A stretch of DNA of 64,000 nucleotides from an uncultured Treponema sp. (GCA_947166355.1 CAMVDX010000012.1:3585-67584); one strand, 5' to 3'; counted from the stretch's first letter, positions 49,557 through 60,473 are shown. Notes: a model not told the origin generated them from the sequence alone. Numbers and translations are program-made.

Positions 49557-51266
49557 TTAATAAACACCCTTCACTACCGGTACACTCCAGTAGCTGCTAT
49601 ATTTTGCTGTATCTCTGTTTGCTTCTTCCCAAATCGACTGAAGTGCAAAGCTTCTCGGCTGCTGCACAATCTTACTGTCTGCACTAAACGGCTTAAGCTG
49701 ACTCCAGCCACGCGAAAACAGAATATGATGAGAATCCATATTTCCAAAGTAGTATTCACGCGCATTCAGCACATCGCTGTCAGTCCACTGCTTAAACTCA
49801 AGACCCGCGCCCAGTGCAGGATCACAAGGAATCCAGCCAACTTTATCAATATAGAATTCACACCACCAGTGCGACTGAGTCTGCAAATCCTGATTCACAA
49901 GAATTCCGCCATCCGTATAAGCAGGAATCTCCGCTGCACGCATAAGCGCCGTACAAATTACCGCAAAATCAAAAGCATCACCGCGCCCTTTTTCAATCAA
50001 ATCAAGCGGATCATCATCTCCTTTGCGAACTCTTTCCTGTACTTCAAGATTATCGCACATATAATTATAAATCAGTTTTGCCTTATTGTAAGCATTTTTT
50101 TCACGACCAATTATTTTTGCACAAAGTTCTTTTACCGCATCAGAATCACTTGGAACAAGAGCATCTGCTTTTAAAGCACCGCTCAAAAGATTTTTTCCCG
50201 TATCTTTATAAGATCCAGTTTTAGCCACATTTACCGTCGAACGAACTTCATAAACCGGCAGTACAAAATTCTGACGGAAAACACTTTTTGGCGTATTATT
50301 ACGGTTTTTTGTTATCTGATGAATAAGATTATTCTGATAGTTCATCAAAATCGGCTCGGGCACTATTTCAGTAATTTCAACACTAGGCTGAGCCGCACAA
50401 GTAAACGGAACCGGACATCTCAATGTAATCGTAGAAACATCATCTGTCACAACATCAGCAATATCCGCCGTGTACTGAATCAAATAAATCTTTTTATTTA
50501 TAAACTCCTTGCGTCCAGCCTCAGTATTTACCGTAAGCTCTTTAGGATCAGATTTTTCGTGTCCTGTATCAACAATTACAACACCACTATAAGCACCGTC
50601 CGGAACACGCACACTGATTTCCGTATTCGACCACGAAACGTAATCAAAATCATCCTCACTCGCAGGAATCATATTCTCAGTAAGCAGACTCATATTTTTG
50701 AATTCCGCTTCACTGATTTTATTATTACAGTCCATGGTAAAAAACACCTTAGACTGATTTTTTGAAGCTCCAAAGTTATTGCCGGAAATTACAAGTAAAT
50801 CTCCCACGCTCACCTTGTCAGAAGAAAGCATGGTAATCACAGGCTTACTAACCTGCTGTACAGCCGGCACCGGAACTGGAATATCCACCTCGTTCGCAAA
50901 AAGAGCCGGCTTAGAACGCATATCCTTAGTTCCCACAACAACAAGCCCGTCCTGCACATTTGCCGGCAGCACAATCTTAATGGTAGTATCCATCCATGAA
51001 ATATACGAGCTTGCCGTAAGCTTAGCACCGGCAATTTCCACATAACTCATATCGCGAACATCACCAAAATTTTCACCGGTAATTACAACAAGATCACCAG
51101 GAGAACCAACAGGAGGAACAATAGAATAAATAACGGGAACAGGCTTTGTTCTATAATTAATTAAGAAAACTGAACCAAGCACTATCAGAATAACAAAAAT
51201 GCCGATAACCCATCTCAAAAGCGGATACCGGCGGAATGAATAACTTAATTTTCCAGAAGAGTCCAC
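49557..51266 (-). CDS. Membrane-anchored IPT/TIG plus transglutaminase-like domain protein
   Basis: TM helix, two I.G.NFG IPT domains, GDAFDFA...SHWWCEFY...GWIPCDP. Confidence 0.82.
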   Translation of the reverse strand: MDSSGKLSYSFRRYPLLRWVIGIFVILIVLGSVFLINYRTKPVPVIYSIVPPVGSPGDLVVITGENFGDVRDMSYVEIAGAKLTASSYISWMDTTIKIVLPANVQDGLVVVGTKDMRSKPALFANEVDIPVPVPAVQQVSKPVITMLSSDKVSVGDLLVISGNNFGASKNQSKVFFTMDCNNKISEAEFKNMSLLTENMIPASEDDFDYVSWSNTEISVRVPDGAYSGVVIVDTGHEKSDPKELTVNTEAGRKEFINKKIYLIQYTADIADVVTDDVSTITLRCPVPFTCAAQPSVEITEIVPEPILMNYQNNLIHQITKNRNNTPKSVFRQNFVLPVYEVRSTVNVAKTGSYKDTGKNLLSGALKADALVPSDSDAVKELCAKIIGREKNAYNKAKLIYNYMCDNLEVQERVRKGDDDPLDLIEKGRGDAFDFAVICTALMRAAEIPAYTDGGILVNQDLQTQSHWWCEFYIDKVGWIPCDPALGAGLEFKQWTDSDVLNAREYYFGNMDSHHILFSRGWSQLKPFSADSKIVQQPRSFALQSIWEEANRDTAKYSSYWSVPVVKGVY

Positions 51267-52018
51267 TAACGTCTGCCTGATACAAATTCCATAGGAAGAT
51301 TGATTTCTGTTGTAACCGGGAAATCTCCCATACCTGGAACTGTAATTTTTATATTAATTGCTTCGTCCTGAAACTCCGGCTTCAACACATCAGCATCACT
51401 CACATTTTTTGCAAGAGAAGCAGCGTTTTTTCTCTGATTTTCAGAAGACAAAACTACATCATGTATATTACCAGAAACTACTACACTTCTTCCACTGTCA
51501 AAAGAAACATTATTTGCAGAAGTAACTTTTCCGGAAGCTCTAGACGAAACTGCAGTAATAGGAACAGAAGAAACAGAGCTTACCGACTGAACAAGCGGAG
51601 ACACAACGCCGGAAGAACCAGAAGAAATTGAAGCAAGCTGTGCAGCAACAGGAGCCGCATTCGTTTTATTTGCTTTTAAACCAACCGGAAGCACAAGAGC
51701 CAGCACAGCCGCAGCAGCAACACCCGAAGCCACATAGCTGATTACTTTAAACGGAGATTTCTGAGGCATCTTGCCAATATTTTTACTGTAAGCCATTTTA
51801 ATCTGAAGGCGCTGAAAGCTTTCGTCCATAAAATGCTCATCAAGCTTTAAAGAATCAGAATCGGCTTTAAAAAGAGCATGAATCGCCTTAAGCTGCTCCA
51901 GTTCTTTGCGACATTTTTCACAATGCGAAATATGAAGCTCATACTCAGCCTTATAGTTTTCAGGCAGCTCTCCATCGAGGTATACAGAATGAATATCTTT
52001 ACTCGGGCAAAAAGACAT
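51266..52018 (-). CDS. ZAS (zf-HC2) anti-sigma factor
   Basis: YLDGEL...HISHCEKC followed by a TM helix. Confidence 0.88.
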   Translation of the reverse strand: MSFCPSKDIHSVYLDGELPENYKAEYELHISHCEKCRKELEQLKAIHALFKADSDSLKLDEHFMDESFQRLQIKMAYSKNIGKMPQKSPFKVISYVASGVAAAAVLALVLPVGLKANKTNAAPVAAQLASISSGSSGVVSPLVQSVSSVSSVPITAVSSRASGKVTSANNVSFDSGRSVVVSGNIHDVVLSSENQRKNAASLAKNVSDADVLKPEFQDEAINIKITVPGMGDFPVTTEINLPMEFVSGRR

Positions 52019-52568
52019 TATCTTCTCCTATAATTTTTACCAGCTGTTCCCTTGCTCTAAAAATCCTAACCTTTACATTACCTTCAGTAATTCCGAGAAT
52101 TCGCCCTATTTCCTTATAGTTCAAGTCTGCATATTCCTTGAGCATAAGAACATCCTGCAAATTCTCCGGCAGCTTTTTCAGAGCCTCCCTGGCCTTGTTC
52201 ATAGATTCATTCTTGAGCAGGTCAGTTTCCCCATTATCCGCTTTTCTATGATCCTCATAAAGGACTTTTTCGTAAGCCTTACGCTCACGTTCTTTACGCT
52301 TTATATAATTTATAGATGCATTTTTTACAACACGAATCAACCAGTATTTGGCATCATTTATTGAAGGGAATTCAAGATTCTTTTCATTCGCCTTAATAAG
52401 AGAGTCGTGCGCTAAATCTTCTGCAGCCTCTTCATCGTTTACAATTCTGTAAGACACCTTAAAGAGCATCTGCATTGCCGCATCATAAATTTTCTTAAAA
52501 TCAACCGGATTTCCGGCACACAAGGCCTCACTGTTTTCCTGCTGATTTCCAACTATATTACCAAACAC
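51999..52568 (-). CDS. ECF sigma-70 factor
   Basis: AEDLAHD, WLIRV and YKEIGRILGITEGNVKVRIFRAR motifs. Confidence 0.92.
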   Translation of the reverse strand: MFGNIVGNQQENSEALCAGNPVDFKKIYDAAMQMLFKVSYRIVNDEEAAEDLAHDSLIKANEKNLEFPSINDAKYWLIRVVKNASINYIKRKERERKAYEKVLYEDHRKADNGETDLLKNESMNKAREALKKLPENLQDVLMLKEYADLNYKEIGRILGITEGNVKVRIFRAREQLVKIIGEDNVFLPE

Positions 52569-52701
52569 TTATATATCCCGAAAGTTACAAAAATCTTATT
52601 CTATTCTTATTATTTTCTTATTACCTGGCATTCAGCCACTTGACCTTACTTGACATTCCGCCGCATGAACTTACACAACATTTCACCGTGTGAACTTACC
52701 T

Positions 52702-52729
52702 GTCATTCCCCGGCTTGACCGGAGAATCT
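52702..52729. repeat. Single GTCAT-type palindrome after cysS
   Basis: GTCATTCCCCGGCTTGACCGGAGAATCT. Confidence 0.75.
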
Positions 52730-52733
52730 TCCT

Positions 52734-54311
52734 CTACCCGCGTTTCCAGGTCGGACCATTCGGTGTATCAATAATAATAACACCCCGCGCCGCAAGTTGG
52801 TTACGAATTTCATCCGCACGTGCAAAATCTTTATTTTTCTTAGCCGCAGTACGTTCAGCAACAAGACCGTCAATTTCAGCCGCCTCAGGATCTCCAGCAT
52901 GAGAATCAGCGCCCGCAGCCCCTTCAGCTCCTGCACCAGCAGCACCAGAAAGTTTTGCCTGTTCCTCAAGCACTTCAAAACCACCCTTAATCACGTCAAG
53001 GCTCATAACGCTGTCCATTTTAAGAATAGTAGCAAGCGCAACAGAAGCCTTAATTCCACCCTTACCACCGGCAACCTTCTGCATAGCCGCCATAGCAACA
53101 GGAGTAGCAAGGTCATTTTCAAGCCCCTCACGGAACTTATTCATACCCTCTTCGTCTACAGCAAGCCCGGCAAGAACAGATGCAAAGTTTTCAGCAGTCA
53201 GACCAAGCCCTTCTTCTGAATTAGCCTTAGAAATCAGTTTTGCAACGCGGGAATTAAGCGCCGCACGGCCATTTTTAGCAGACATAAGAGCATCAAGGCT
53301 AAACACAAGCTGCTTTCTGTAATGGCCGCTTAAAAGGAAGAAGCGATAATCAAGCGGAGCAATTCCCTTGTCTTTAAGAGAATAACCGCGCTCTGGTGGC
53401 AGCGAAGTCTGCAGGGTAATAAAATTACCTTTAGACTTACTCATCTTACCGCCTTCAAGAATAAGAAACTCATTGTGTAACCAGTAATTTACCCAAGGTC
53501 CCTTAGCGCGCTCAGCCTCATCAAAAGAACCTTCCGACTGAGCAATTTCGTTTGTATGATGAACCGGCACGTGGTCAATTCCGCCGGTGTGAATATCAAA
53601 ATGCTTACCAAGATATTTCATACTCATAGCCGAGCACTCAATGTGCCAGCCAGGATATCCGCGTCCCCAAGGAGAATCCCAGGTCATAGCCTGATCTTCA
53701 AATTTAGATTTTGTAAACCACAGAACAAAGTCACCAGGATTTCGTTTATTCTCGTCAATAACAACAACCTTACGTTTACCCGCTCCAGCCTTAAGCTCAT
53801 CAAGATTCAGGTTTGCAAGCTTTCCATAATCAGGATAAGTAGAAATATCATAATAAAGATTTCCGCCCGCCATATAAGTATGACCGTTAGCTTCAATCTT
53901 TTTAATCAGCTCAATCATGTCGTCAATATGCTCGGTGGCACGGCAAATTACATCCGGGTGACGGATATTCATCGCATCAATATCTTTCATAAAAGCGTCA
54001 GTGTAAAAGTTTGCAACCTCCAGCACACTCTGGTGGCGTTCAGCCGCAGACTTCTTCATTTTATCTTCACCGTTGTCGCCGTCGTCAGTAAGGTGGCCAA
54101 CGTCAGTAATATTCATTACATGCTTTACATCATAACCCAAAAACTGCAGAGTCTTATCAAGAATATCCCAGCAAACATAAGCACGAAGATTTCCAACATG
54201 CGCATAATTGTAAACCGTAGGGCCACAACCGTAAAAACCAGCATGTCCTTCAACAAGCGGCTTAAACTCTTCCATCTTGCGTCCCATAGTATTGTATAAT
54301 CTCAGTGCCAT
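52734..54311 (-). CDS. cysS: Cysteine--tRNA ligase
   Basis: [22 protein letters not shown] and KMSKS motifs. Confidence 0.97.
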   Translation of the reverse strand: MALRLYNTMGRKMEEFKPLVEGHAGFYGCGPTVYNYAHVGNLRAYVCWDILDKTLQFLGYDVKHVMNITDVGHLTDDGDNGEDKMKKSAAERHQSVLEVANFYTDAFMKDIDAMNIRHPDVICRATEHIDDMIELIKKIEANGHTYMAGGNLYYDISTYPDYGKLANLNLDELKAGAGKRKVVVIDENKRNPGDFVLWFTKSKFEDQAMTWDSPWGRGYPGWHIECSAMSMKYLGKHFDIHTGGIDHVPVHHTNEIAQSEGSFDEAERAKGPWVNYWLHNEFLILEGGKMSKSKGNFITLQTSLPPERGYSLKDKGIAPLDYRFFLLSGHYRKQLVFSLDALMSAKNGRAALNSRVAKLISKANSEEGLGLTAENFASVLAGLAVDEEGMNKFREGLENDLATPVAMAAMQKVAGGKGGIKASVALATILKMDSVMSLDVIKGGFEVLEEQAKLSGAAGAGAEGAAGADSHAGDPEAAEIDGLVAERTAAKKNKDFARADEIRNQLAARGVIIIDTPNGPTWKRG

Positions 54312-54326
54312 AATTATCTCCTGTTT

Positions 54327-54445
54327 AAGCTATTAGCTTTTAGCGGTTAGCCATTAGCAAGGAGGGGGAAGTCTCCCCCTGTCTTCAGCCCGCTGCGCGG
54401 TCTTTCGCCACCCTCTCTCCTAGGGGCTGCACCCCTAAAACCCGC
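54327..54445. repeat. Inverted heptamer tract joined to a family D-related GC-rich hairpin block
   Basis: Reverse complement AGGGGGAGACTTCCCCCTCCT...AAAAGCTAATAGCT matches 81-116. Confidence 0.7.
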
Positions 54446-54521
54446 TCAACAATTCAATAATTATACTATTTTCCGAAATCTTAAACAACACACTCTATTT
54501 TCTATCCCATAACCGCTAGGG

Positions 54522-54682
54522 GCTAACAGCTAATAGCTAACAGCTAATAGCTAACAGCTAACAGCTAATAGCTAACAGCTAACAGCTAACAGCTAATAGC
54601 TAACAGCTAATAGCTAACAGCTAACAGCTAATAGCTAACAGCTAACAGCTAATAGCTAATAGCTAACAGCTAACCGCTAACA
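54522..54682 (+). repeat. Tandem heptamer array GCTAA(C/T)A x23
   Basis: Counted directly: 23 units (one is GCTAACC), then a degenerate ACTAGCA. Confidence 0.95.
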
Positions 54683-54719
54683 ACTAGCAACTTCACCCTT
54701 TTCCCATTATAATAGACGT

Positions 54720-55694
54720 ATGTTTGATTTCCTTGCTTCAATGCTAAAAGTCGCAAAAATTCCTTTCACAGAAAATGAACCTCTTGCCCCAAAATCCTCA
54801 TTCAAGGTTGGCGGCACGGCACGTCTTTTTATCTCACCGCAAACTCCTGAGCAGCTGGAATCAACTATAAGTGCCGTACGCTCCGCAGAGCTCCCTTATT
54901 TTGTAACAGGCGGTGCCAGTAACGTAGTATATCCGGACGGAACTTATGAAGGCGCAATCATAAGCACACAGGCCATAAAAGAAATTTTTTATGAATCAGA
55001 TGTTAGCACCCAAGATAATACAAACACTGCTCTTGTAACCTGCCAGTGCGGAGTTCCCATGGCCGCCTTCGTAGACTTCTGCACCCGCAAAAATCTCACC
55101 GGAGCAGAACAATTTGCAGGCCTCCCAGGCACAGTCGGTGGCGCAGTCTACATGAACGCCCGCTGTTTCGATCGTTCTATAAGCGACATCCTTTATTCAA
55201 CAAAGCACATCGAGTATAAAGGCGATAAAGCGCGTCTGGTGGAACTCCCCTTTAATTCCGCAGACTGGGATTATAAAAAATCACCTTTCCAGGCAAACCC
55301 GCAAATCTCCGACACGAAATCCGAACAGCTCTACATCACTCAGGCAACCTTCAGCCTCACCCGCGCTGCGCAACAAGACCACGAGCGCATCGTCAGCGAC
55401 TGCAAAAAATACATCGCAGAACGGGTCGACAAAGGCCATTTCAAATACCCGAGCGCGGGCAGCGTTTTCAAAAACAATCGGGAATTCGGCGCACCAAGCG
55501 GAAAGCTCATAGATGAATGCGGACTCAAAGGTCTCACCGCCGGCGGTGCACAGATTGCGCCATTCCACGGAAATTTCATAATAAATACAGGCACTGCAAC
55601 AGCTGCCGATATCCGCTCACTCGTTACACAAGCCCAGAAAGCCGTTCACGACAAATTCGGCTTCGATCTTGAACCCGAAATCATATTTATTTAA
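54720..55694 (+). CDS. murB: UDP-N-acetylmuramate dehydrogenase
   Basis: FKVGG, GGASN, PGTVGGAVYMNA, SAGSVFKN and LEPE motifs. Confidence 0.95.
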   Translation: MFDFLASMLKVAKIPFTENEPLAPKSSFKVGGTARLFISPQTPEQLESTISAVRSAELPYFVTGGASNVVYPDGTYEGAIISTQAIKEIFYESDVSTQDNTNTALVTCQCGVPMAAFVDFCTRKNLTGAEQFAGLPGTVGGAVYMNARCFDRSISDILYSTKHIEYKGDKARLVELPFNSADWDYKKSPFQANPQISDTKSEQLYITQATFSLTRAAQQDHERIVSDCKKYIAERVDKGHFKYPSAGSVFKNNREFGAPSGKLIDECGLKGLTAGGAQIAPFHGNFIINTGTATAADIRSLVTQAQKAVHDKFGFDLEPEIIFI

Positions 55695-55746
55695 TGTAAT
55701 TTTTCACTTTAACTAAACTTAATTCCCGCCGATAATTAAACATACA

Positions 55747-55775
55747 TTGACAAACCCGAAATGTAAATCTATACT
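55747..55775 (+). promoter_or_regulatory. Sigma70 promoter
   Basis: TTGACA-17-TATACT. Confidence 0.75.
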
Positions 55776-55807
55776 TATATATTGAATAATATTAGGAGAG
55801 GTTACCC

Positions 55808-56998
55808 TTGCTACAGTTACAAATTGTTAGTTTCAGAAAAGGCACTTATCTCGTTGTAGAAGGAAAAGAAAATACTGATCACTTCTATATTCTCCAAAAA
55901 GGAAACGTACAGTGCTTTAAATCATCAGGCTCGGGACTTGCCCCTACAGTATACGGACCGGGAGACTTCGTTGGTGTAGTACCATGTATGTCTGACCATC
56001 TTCAGATTGAAACAGCCATTGCTTCAACAGATGTTATGGCAATTTCCGTACGAAAAGACCAGTACCCTGAATTGATTTCTCAGAACACTCCTGTCGCTCT
56101 CAAAATCATCAAAACCTTTGCAAACCGCATGCGCGTAATGAACGAAATGCTTTCAAAGGCTACCCTTCATTCTGTAGTACAGGATACTCACGAACAGATT
56201 TTAAAGGTTGCAGCATTTTACGAAAAAAATGCACTTCCAGATATAGCCGTTTTCGCATATTATCAGTTCCTTAAAACAAAGCCAGAAGGCCAGAATGCTG
56301 ATTATGCTAAACAGCACTTTGTAGCACTTAAACCTAAAACTCACGCAGTTTACTTTGAACCTACTGCCGAAACCTCACGTCAGTATCCAAAAGACACAAT
56401 GATTTTCTCAGAAGCACAATCTGGTTCCGACATGTTTATCATTCAGCGCGGTGAGGTTTCTATCACTAAGGTTGTAAATGGTAACGAAATTACCCTTGCA
56501 GTACTCAAAAAAGGTGATATGTTTGGTGAAATGGCTCTTATCGAAAACAAACCTCGTTCTGCAAATGCAATTGCTCACAGCGACTGTACTCTTATGGTAA
56601 TCAACCGTTCCAACTTCAATCAGATGGTTGCCACACAGCCACAGCTGGTTGCAAAGCTTACAACAACTCTCGCAGACCGCTTGTGGTCTATGTACCGTCA
56701 GCTTGATAATGCAGCACTCGAAGAACCTCTTGCAAAAATGATTGATATGCTCTCTCTTCAGCTCGAAAAGCAGCGTGTTAAAATCGGTCTTTCAAAAATT
56801 TCTATGCAGACAGAGTTTACTCCAAAAGACCTTGCAAATATGTGCGGACTCGCAAGTCAGTATCAGGCAAAAGCTATTTACGAATTCGAAAATTACGACC
56901 AGATTCGCATAGAAGGTGGAAAGGTATTCATAAAAGACGCAAGCGAAGTTATGAAACAAGCCGCATTCTACCGAAAACAAAACAATGTAAAAAAATAG
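55808..56998 (+). CDS. Tandem cyclic-nucleotide-binding domain (Crp/Fnr-like) protein
   Basis: GPGDFVG and GDMFGEMALIENKPRSANA motifs; TTG start after AGGAG. Confidence 0.88.
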   Translation: MLQLQIVSFRKGTYLVVEGKENTDHFYILQKGNVQCFKSSGSGLAPTVYGPGDFVGVVPCMSDHLQIETAIASTDVMAISVRKDQYPELISQNTPVALKIIKTFANRMRVMNEMLSKATLHSVVQDTHEQILKVAAFYEKNALPDIAVFAYYQFLKTKPEGQNADYAKQHFVALKPKTHAVYFEPTAETSRQYPKDTMIFSEAQSGSDMFIIQRGEVSITKVVNGNEITLAVLKKGDMFGEMALIENKPRSANAIAHSDCTLMVINRSNFNQMVATQPQLVAKLTTTLADRLWSMYRQLDNAALEEPLAKMIDMLSLQLEKQRVKIGLSKISMQTEFTPKDLANMCGLASQYQAKAIYEFENYDQIRIEGGKVFIKDASEVMKQAAFYRKQNNVKK

Positions 56999-57019
56999 TT
57001 TTGTTCCGATAATCTAAAT

Positions 57020-57568
57020 ATGATTTCTTTAATAAAAAAAATCATTATTTTCCTCATTTTTACAACACTTACTATATTCGTTTTCTCAGAAGATTTACCA
57101 GATGGTTATAAAGGCATAAGTCTTGGAATGTCCATCGAAGAAACAAAAGAAAATCTCTTAAAAGATCCTGATTTCGGCTACCACGGAGACCGCGACGTCT
57201 CCCTTATACCAAATTCAAGCAAAACTCTTATAGAAACAGATGCAGAACGAGGTGCAGGCTCAAGCTTCCTCACCCGCTGCTGGTTCCAGTTCTTTAATGA
57301 TGAGCTTTACATCATTACCATCAATATTAACACTCAGAAAATGGATTATTACAGCATTTTCACAAAGCTTACTCAAAAATATGGTGAACCTGCCAGCTTC
57401 AACCCACAAGCCGCCACCTGGAAAAATGATGACGTAACAATGAGCCTTGAAAAACCTCTCACCCTTAAATATATTGATAACAAAATCTATGAACAGACTC
57501 AAAACTACTCAAATATTCAGGCATCTCCAACCGAAATCACTCAAGAAATGTTTCTGGAAGATCTGTAA
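57020..57568 (+). CDS. Exported conserved hypothetical protein
   Basis: Signal peptide; GISLGMS...KYGEP. Confidence 0.7.
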   Translation: MISLIKKIIIFLIFTTLTIFVFSEDLPDGYKGISLGMSIEETKENLLKDPDFGYHGDRDVSLIPNSSKTLIETDAERGAGSSFLTRCWFQFFNDELYIITININTQKMDYYSIFTKLTQKYGEPASFNPQAATWKNDDVTMSLEKPLTLKYIDNKIYEQTQNYSNIQASPTEITQEMFLEDL

Positions 57569-57582
57569 CAAGGACGACACCT

Positions 57583-58032
57583 ATGCTTTCTTCAAAAAAA
57601 TCACTTTTTCTTCTCTTAATAATTTTAAGTCTCACCCAGCTCCTTTCCTGTAAATCAAAAAAACTTCCGGTAAAAGAGATAATAATCCAGCGGCAGGACG
57701 GAACACAATTTACAGTTTCTGCAGAAATCGCAGAAAAGACCGAAGACCGCAATCACGGTTTTATGGAGCGAAAAAATATTCCAGACGGAACTGGAATGCT
57801 GTTTGTTTTTGAAAAAGATCAGATTCTTTCCTTCTGGATGAAAAATACCCCACACCCGCTTTCCATTGCCTATATAGATTCAAAAGGAAAAATCCGCGAT
57901 ATTTTTGATATGACGCCTTACAGCACAGCCTCAGTCATAAGCACAGTTTCTGTAAGATATGCACTCGAAGTTCCACAAGGCTGGTACAAAAAAAACGGCA
58001 TCGCCAAAGGCGACACCGTTATTCTTCCATAA
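57583..58032 (+). CDS. DUF192 lipoprotein
   Basis: LLSC lipobox; GMLFVF, FWMKNT and YALEV motifs. Confidence 0.9.
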   Translation: MLSSKKSLFLLLIILSLTQLLSCKSKKLPVKEIIIQRQDGTQFTVSAEIAEKTEDRNHGFMERKNIPDGTGMLFVFEKDQILSFWMKNTPHPLSIAYIDSKGKIRDIFDMTPYSTASVISTVSVRYALEVPQGWYKKNGIAKGDTVILP

Positions 58033-58037
58033 ATCAT

Positions 58038-58156
58038 ATCATCCTGAGACTGTAAGTATGTCATTTTCGGACTATAAATATGTCATCTTCGGACTTGATC
58101 CGAAGATCTGCACAACACAGTCATATACAGATTGCCCGGTCAAGCCGGGCAATGAC
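58038..58156. repeat. GTCAT-type palindrome pair preceded by two 22-nt end duplications
   Basis: (A/G)TCAT starts at 58038, 58060 and 58082; GATTGCCCGGTCAAGCCGGGCAATGAC. Confidence 0.8.
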
Positions 58157-58157
58157 A

Positions 58158-59321
58158 CTAATTTTCATTCTCCAGCTTCATCAATTCCGCAGCTGCAATC
58201 TTATCCTTCGGATCAAATTCAAGCACAGCAGTAAAATAATTTCGTGCTTCCTGTTTATTCCCTTGTGCAAGTGCAAGATATCCGAGGTTAGAAATAATTT
58301 TTGTACTTTCCGGTTCCATCTCAAAAGCCTTCATAAGGCATTTTTTGGCCTCATTAAAATCTCGTTCCTGAACATAACAAAGCGAAAGCTCATTGTAAGT
58401 ATCAGAATTAGTATCTCCCCCACATTTCAAAGCCTCAAGAAAAGCCTGCTTTGCTTCTGCATAACGTTCCAGACGGCGCAATCCCCAGCCCAGCATAAAC
58501 CAGCCGTTCCATACTTTTGGATTACTCTGCAAAAAGTCGCGAATCTGTTCAAGCCCCTTTTCTTCCTGACCGCTCGAAATCAAATCATAGGCAGCCTTAA
58601 AAGACTCATCATCCATATTCTGGTTATTAATATTGTTAATGATTTCCTGAGCACGTTCTTTTTTATAAACACCGTTTTCGCCCATTTCATCATCATTTGT
58701 CTCACAGGTCAAAGCAAGATAGGTTTCAAAAGCATCCTTAGCTTCACGGTATTTATGCTGCTTCATATAATAAAAGCCCACATTAAAATAGACATCTGGA
58801 AGCGGAGGCTCAGCATTCATAGCCTGCTCATAATACGAAAAGGCATCTGCATCATACGCATCTGCATCATCAAAAAGCCCCGAGTTCCTGTAAGAATCCG
58901 CACGCTGATCAAGAAAAAGCGCCATATTCAACATAATTGCAACATCATCCGGATCATAACCAATAAGCGCACGGAAAATTTCTTCTGCAAGCTCAAAATC
59001 TTCATTTTTTGTTTTAAGAATTGCAGCCTCGCAAAGTTCTTTTTTAAGATTCGGCTTTACCTTTTTAAGAATTGAACGGTAATAATCAAGATGTTCATTT
59101 TTGCTGTCGTACGCAAGAATTGTAAGCATTCCCGCGAGAATCTGCTCAGCTTCAATTTCCTGAGGATTAAAATTCCCCGCAGCTTCACTTATCTTTTTCT
59201 GAACAGGTAATGGAACAGTCGGGTCAATCTCGAAAGCATTGCTCGACGTCAATTCTAACTTTGGAATGTTGATATAATAAATCGATTCCAATGGATTTGA
59301 AGGATTCATAATAAATACCAC
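58158..59321 (-). CDS. Tetratricopeptide repeat protein
   Basis: Multiple TPR-like helical pairs. Confidence 0.85.
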   Translation of the reverse strand: MVFIMNPSNPLESIYYINIPKLELTSSNAFEIDPTVPLPVQKKISEAAGNFNPQEIEAEQILAGMLTILAYDSKNEHLDYYRSILKKVKPNLKKELCEAAILKTKNEDFELAEEIFRALIGYDPDDVAIMLNMALFLDQRADSYRNSGLFDDADAYDADAFSYYEQAMNAEPPLPDVYFNVGFYYMKQHKYREAKDAFETYLALTCETNDDEMGENGVYKKERAQEIINNINNQNMDDESFKAAYDLISSGQEEKGLEQIRDFLQSNPKVWNGWFMLGWGLRRLERYAEAKQAFLEALKCGGDTNSDTYNELSLCYVQERDFNEAKKCLMKAFEMEPESTKIISNLGYLALAQGNKQEARNYFTAVLEFDPKDKIAAAELMKLENEN

Positions 59322-59333
59322 TTATATATAAGA

Positions 59334-60473
59334 TTAATTTGCAGAAGAAACCGGTTTAGCAGCTGGAGTCTGTTGTACAGCAGAGGACTGTGCAGTCTGA
59401 GGCTTTGCAGCTTGAACAGATTGATTTTCCTGAGTTTGTGCAGAAGAAGCGGTTGAAGATGCTTGAGCAGAACTCTGCGCATTTGCCACATTTTGACCTG
59501 GAATAGGTCTTCCGCCAATTGTTCCCAAAGTTGCTTTTAATTTCTGTTCTTCAGCTTCTTTTTGTGCCGCAGCTTTTTCAGCAGCCTTCTGTTCAGCCGC
59601 AGCCTTTTTTGCTGCCGCTTCTGCTTCAGCCTTTTCTGCGGCAGCTTTATTATTTATCTGATTCTGAATCAGTTGCTTTTGATATGAAGTTATATAGCTG
59701 TTAATATGAAACTTATAAGTCATAGGAATTTCATCTGCTATAAATTCAATATGAACAATTGAAATATCTTTACGACCTGGCAAAAAATCCGAGTTCTTAA
59801 TAACACCCTGTAAAGAAATCTTTTCATTAGTATCCATAAAAAACAATCGTAAATCTACAGATTTGTTTTCAAGAAACTTTGGAATACCAACAAGCATAGC
59901 TTTCGCGCCGCCGAAAGATAAATCCTTTAAGATACATTTTCGCGGAACTCCGGCAATAAAAATATAAGACTCTTCTTTTGGAATTCCCAAAAGTCTCAAT
60001 GAGTTTTCATTAATTGCAATGCGTTCTTCTTTACGATTTTGAAAGTTCTCGTTAACTTCAATAAACTCACCAATTCGAATAATTAAATCATCTGGGGGTC
60101 TCTGAGTGAATGTAAGTGTAAGCATAGAAAGCTCATTTGACCCTTGAAATGGTTTAATTTCAAGAACATTACAATTTACAGAAAACTGAATAGGTTCATT
60201 GTTTTGGTCAAAAAAACAATAGCGAATACTGATAGGTGCATTTCTGTTCTTCTGAATAGTCGCATAAATACCGCTCGATGTGCCAATAATAACCTTAGCC
60301 ATTTGAAGAGAAGATGAATTTATAATACACGGCCACTGACCGCCATTACTCTTCAAATATATCTGTCTCGGATCAATACGCAAAGACTTGAGATTCGCTT
60401 TTGTAAAAACAATTTCCTTATCACGATAATAATCATAATACCTGGAAATATGATGACTGGTTGTAACGCTCAT
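59334..60473 (-). CDS. PilZN3-PilZ c-di-GMP receptor (PlzA-like) with Ala/Gln-rich tail
   Basis: RKEER (RxxxR) and DLSFGG (DxSxxG) motifs. Confidence 0.85.
   Translation of the reverse strand: MSVTTSHHISRYYDYYRDKEIVFTKANLKSLRIDPRQIYLKSNGGQWPCIINSSSLQMAKVIIGTSSGIYATIQKNRNAPISIRYCFFDQNNEPIQFSVNCNVLEIKPFQGSNELSMLTLTFTQRPPDDLIIRIGEFIEVNENFQNRKEERIAINENSLRLLGIPKEESYIFIAGVPRKCILKDLSFGGAKAMLVGIPKFLENKSVDLRLFFMDTNEKISLQGVIKNSDFLPGRKDISIVHIEFIADEIPMTYKFHINSYITSYQKQLIQNQINNKAAAEKAEAEAAAKKAAAEQKAAEKAAAQKEAEEQKLKATLGTIGGRPIPGQNVANAQSSAQASSTASSAQTQENQSVQAAKPQTAQSSAVQQTPAAKPVSSAN

Noticed and set aside
47240-59075. Long antisense ORFs (47240-48040, 49476-50174, 53556-54299, 58080-59075)
   Set aside because: They shadow well-supported genes on the opposite strand and have no recognisable motifs.
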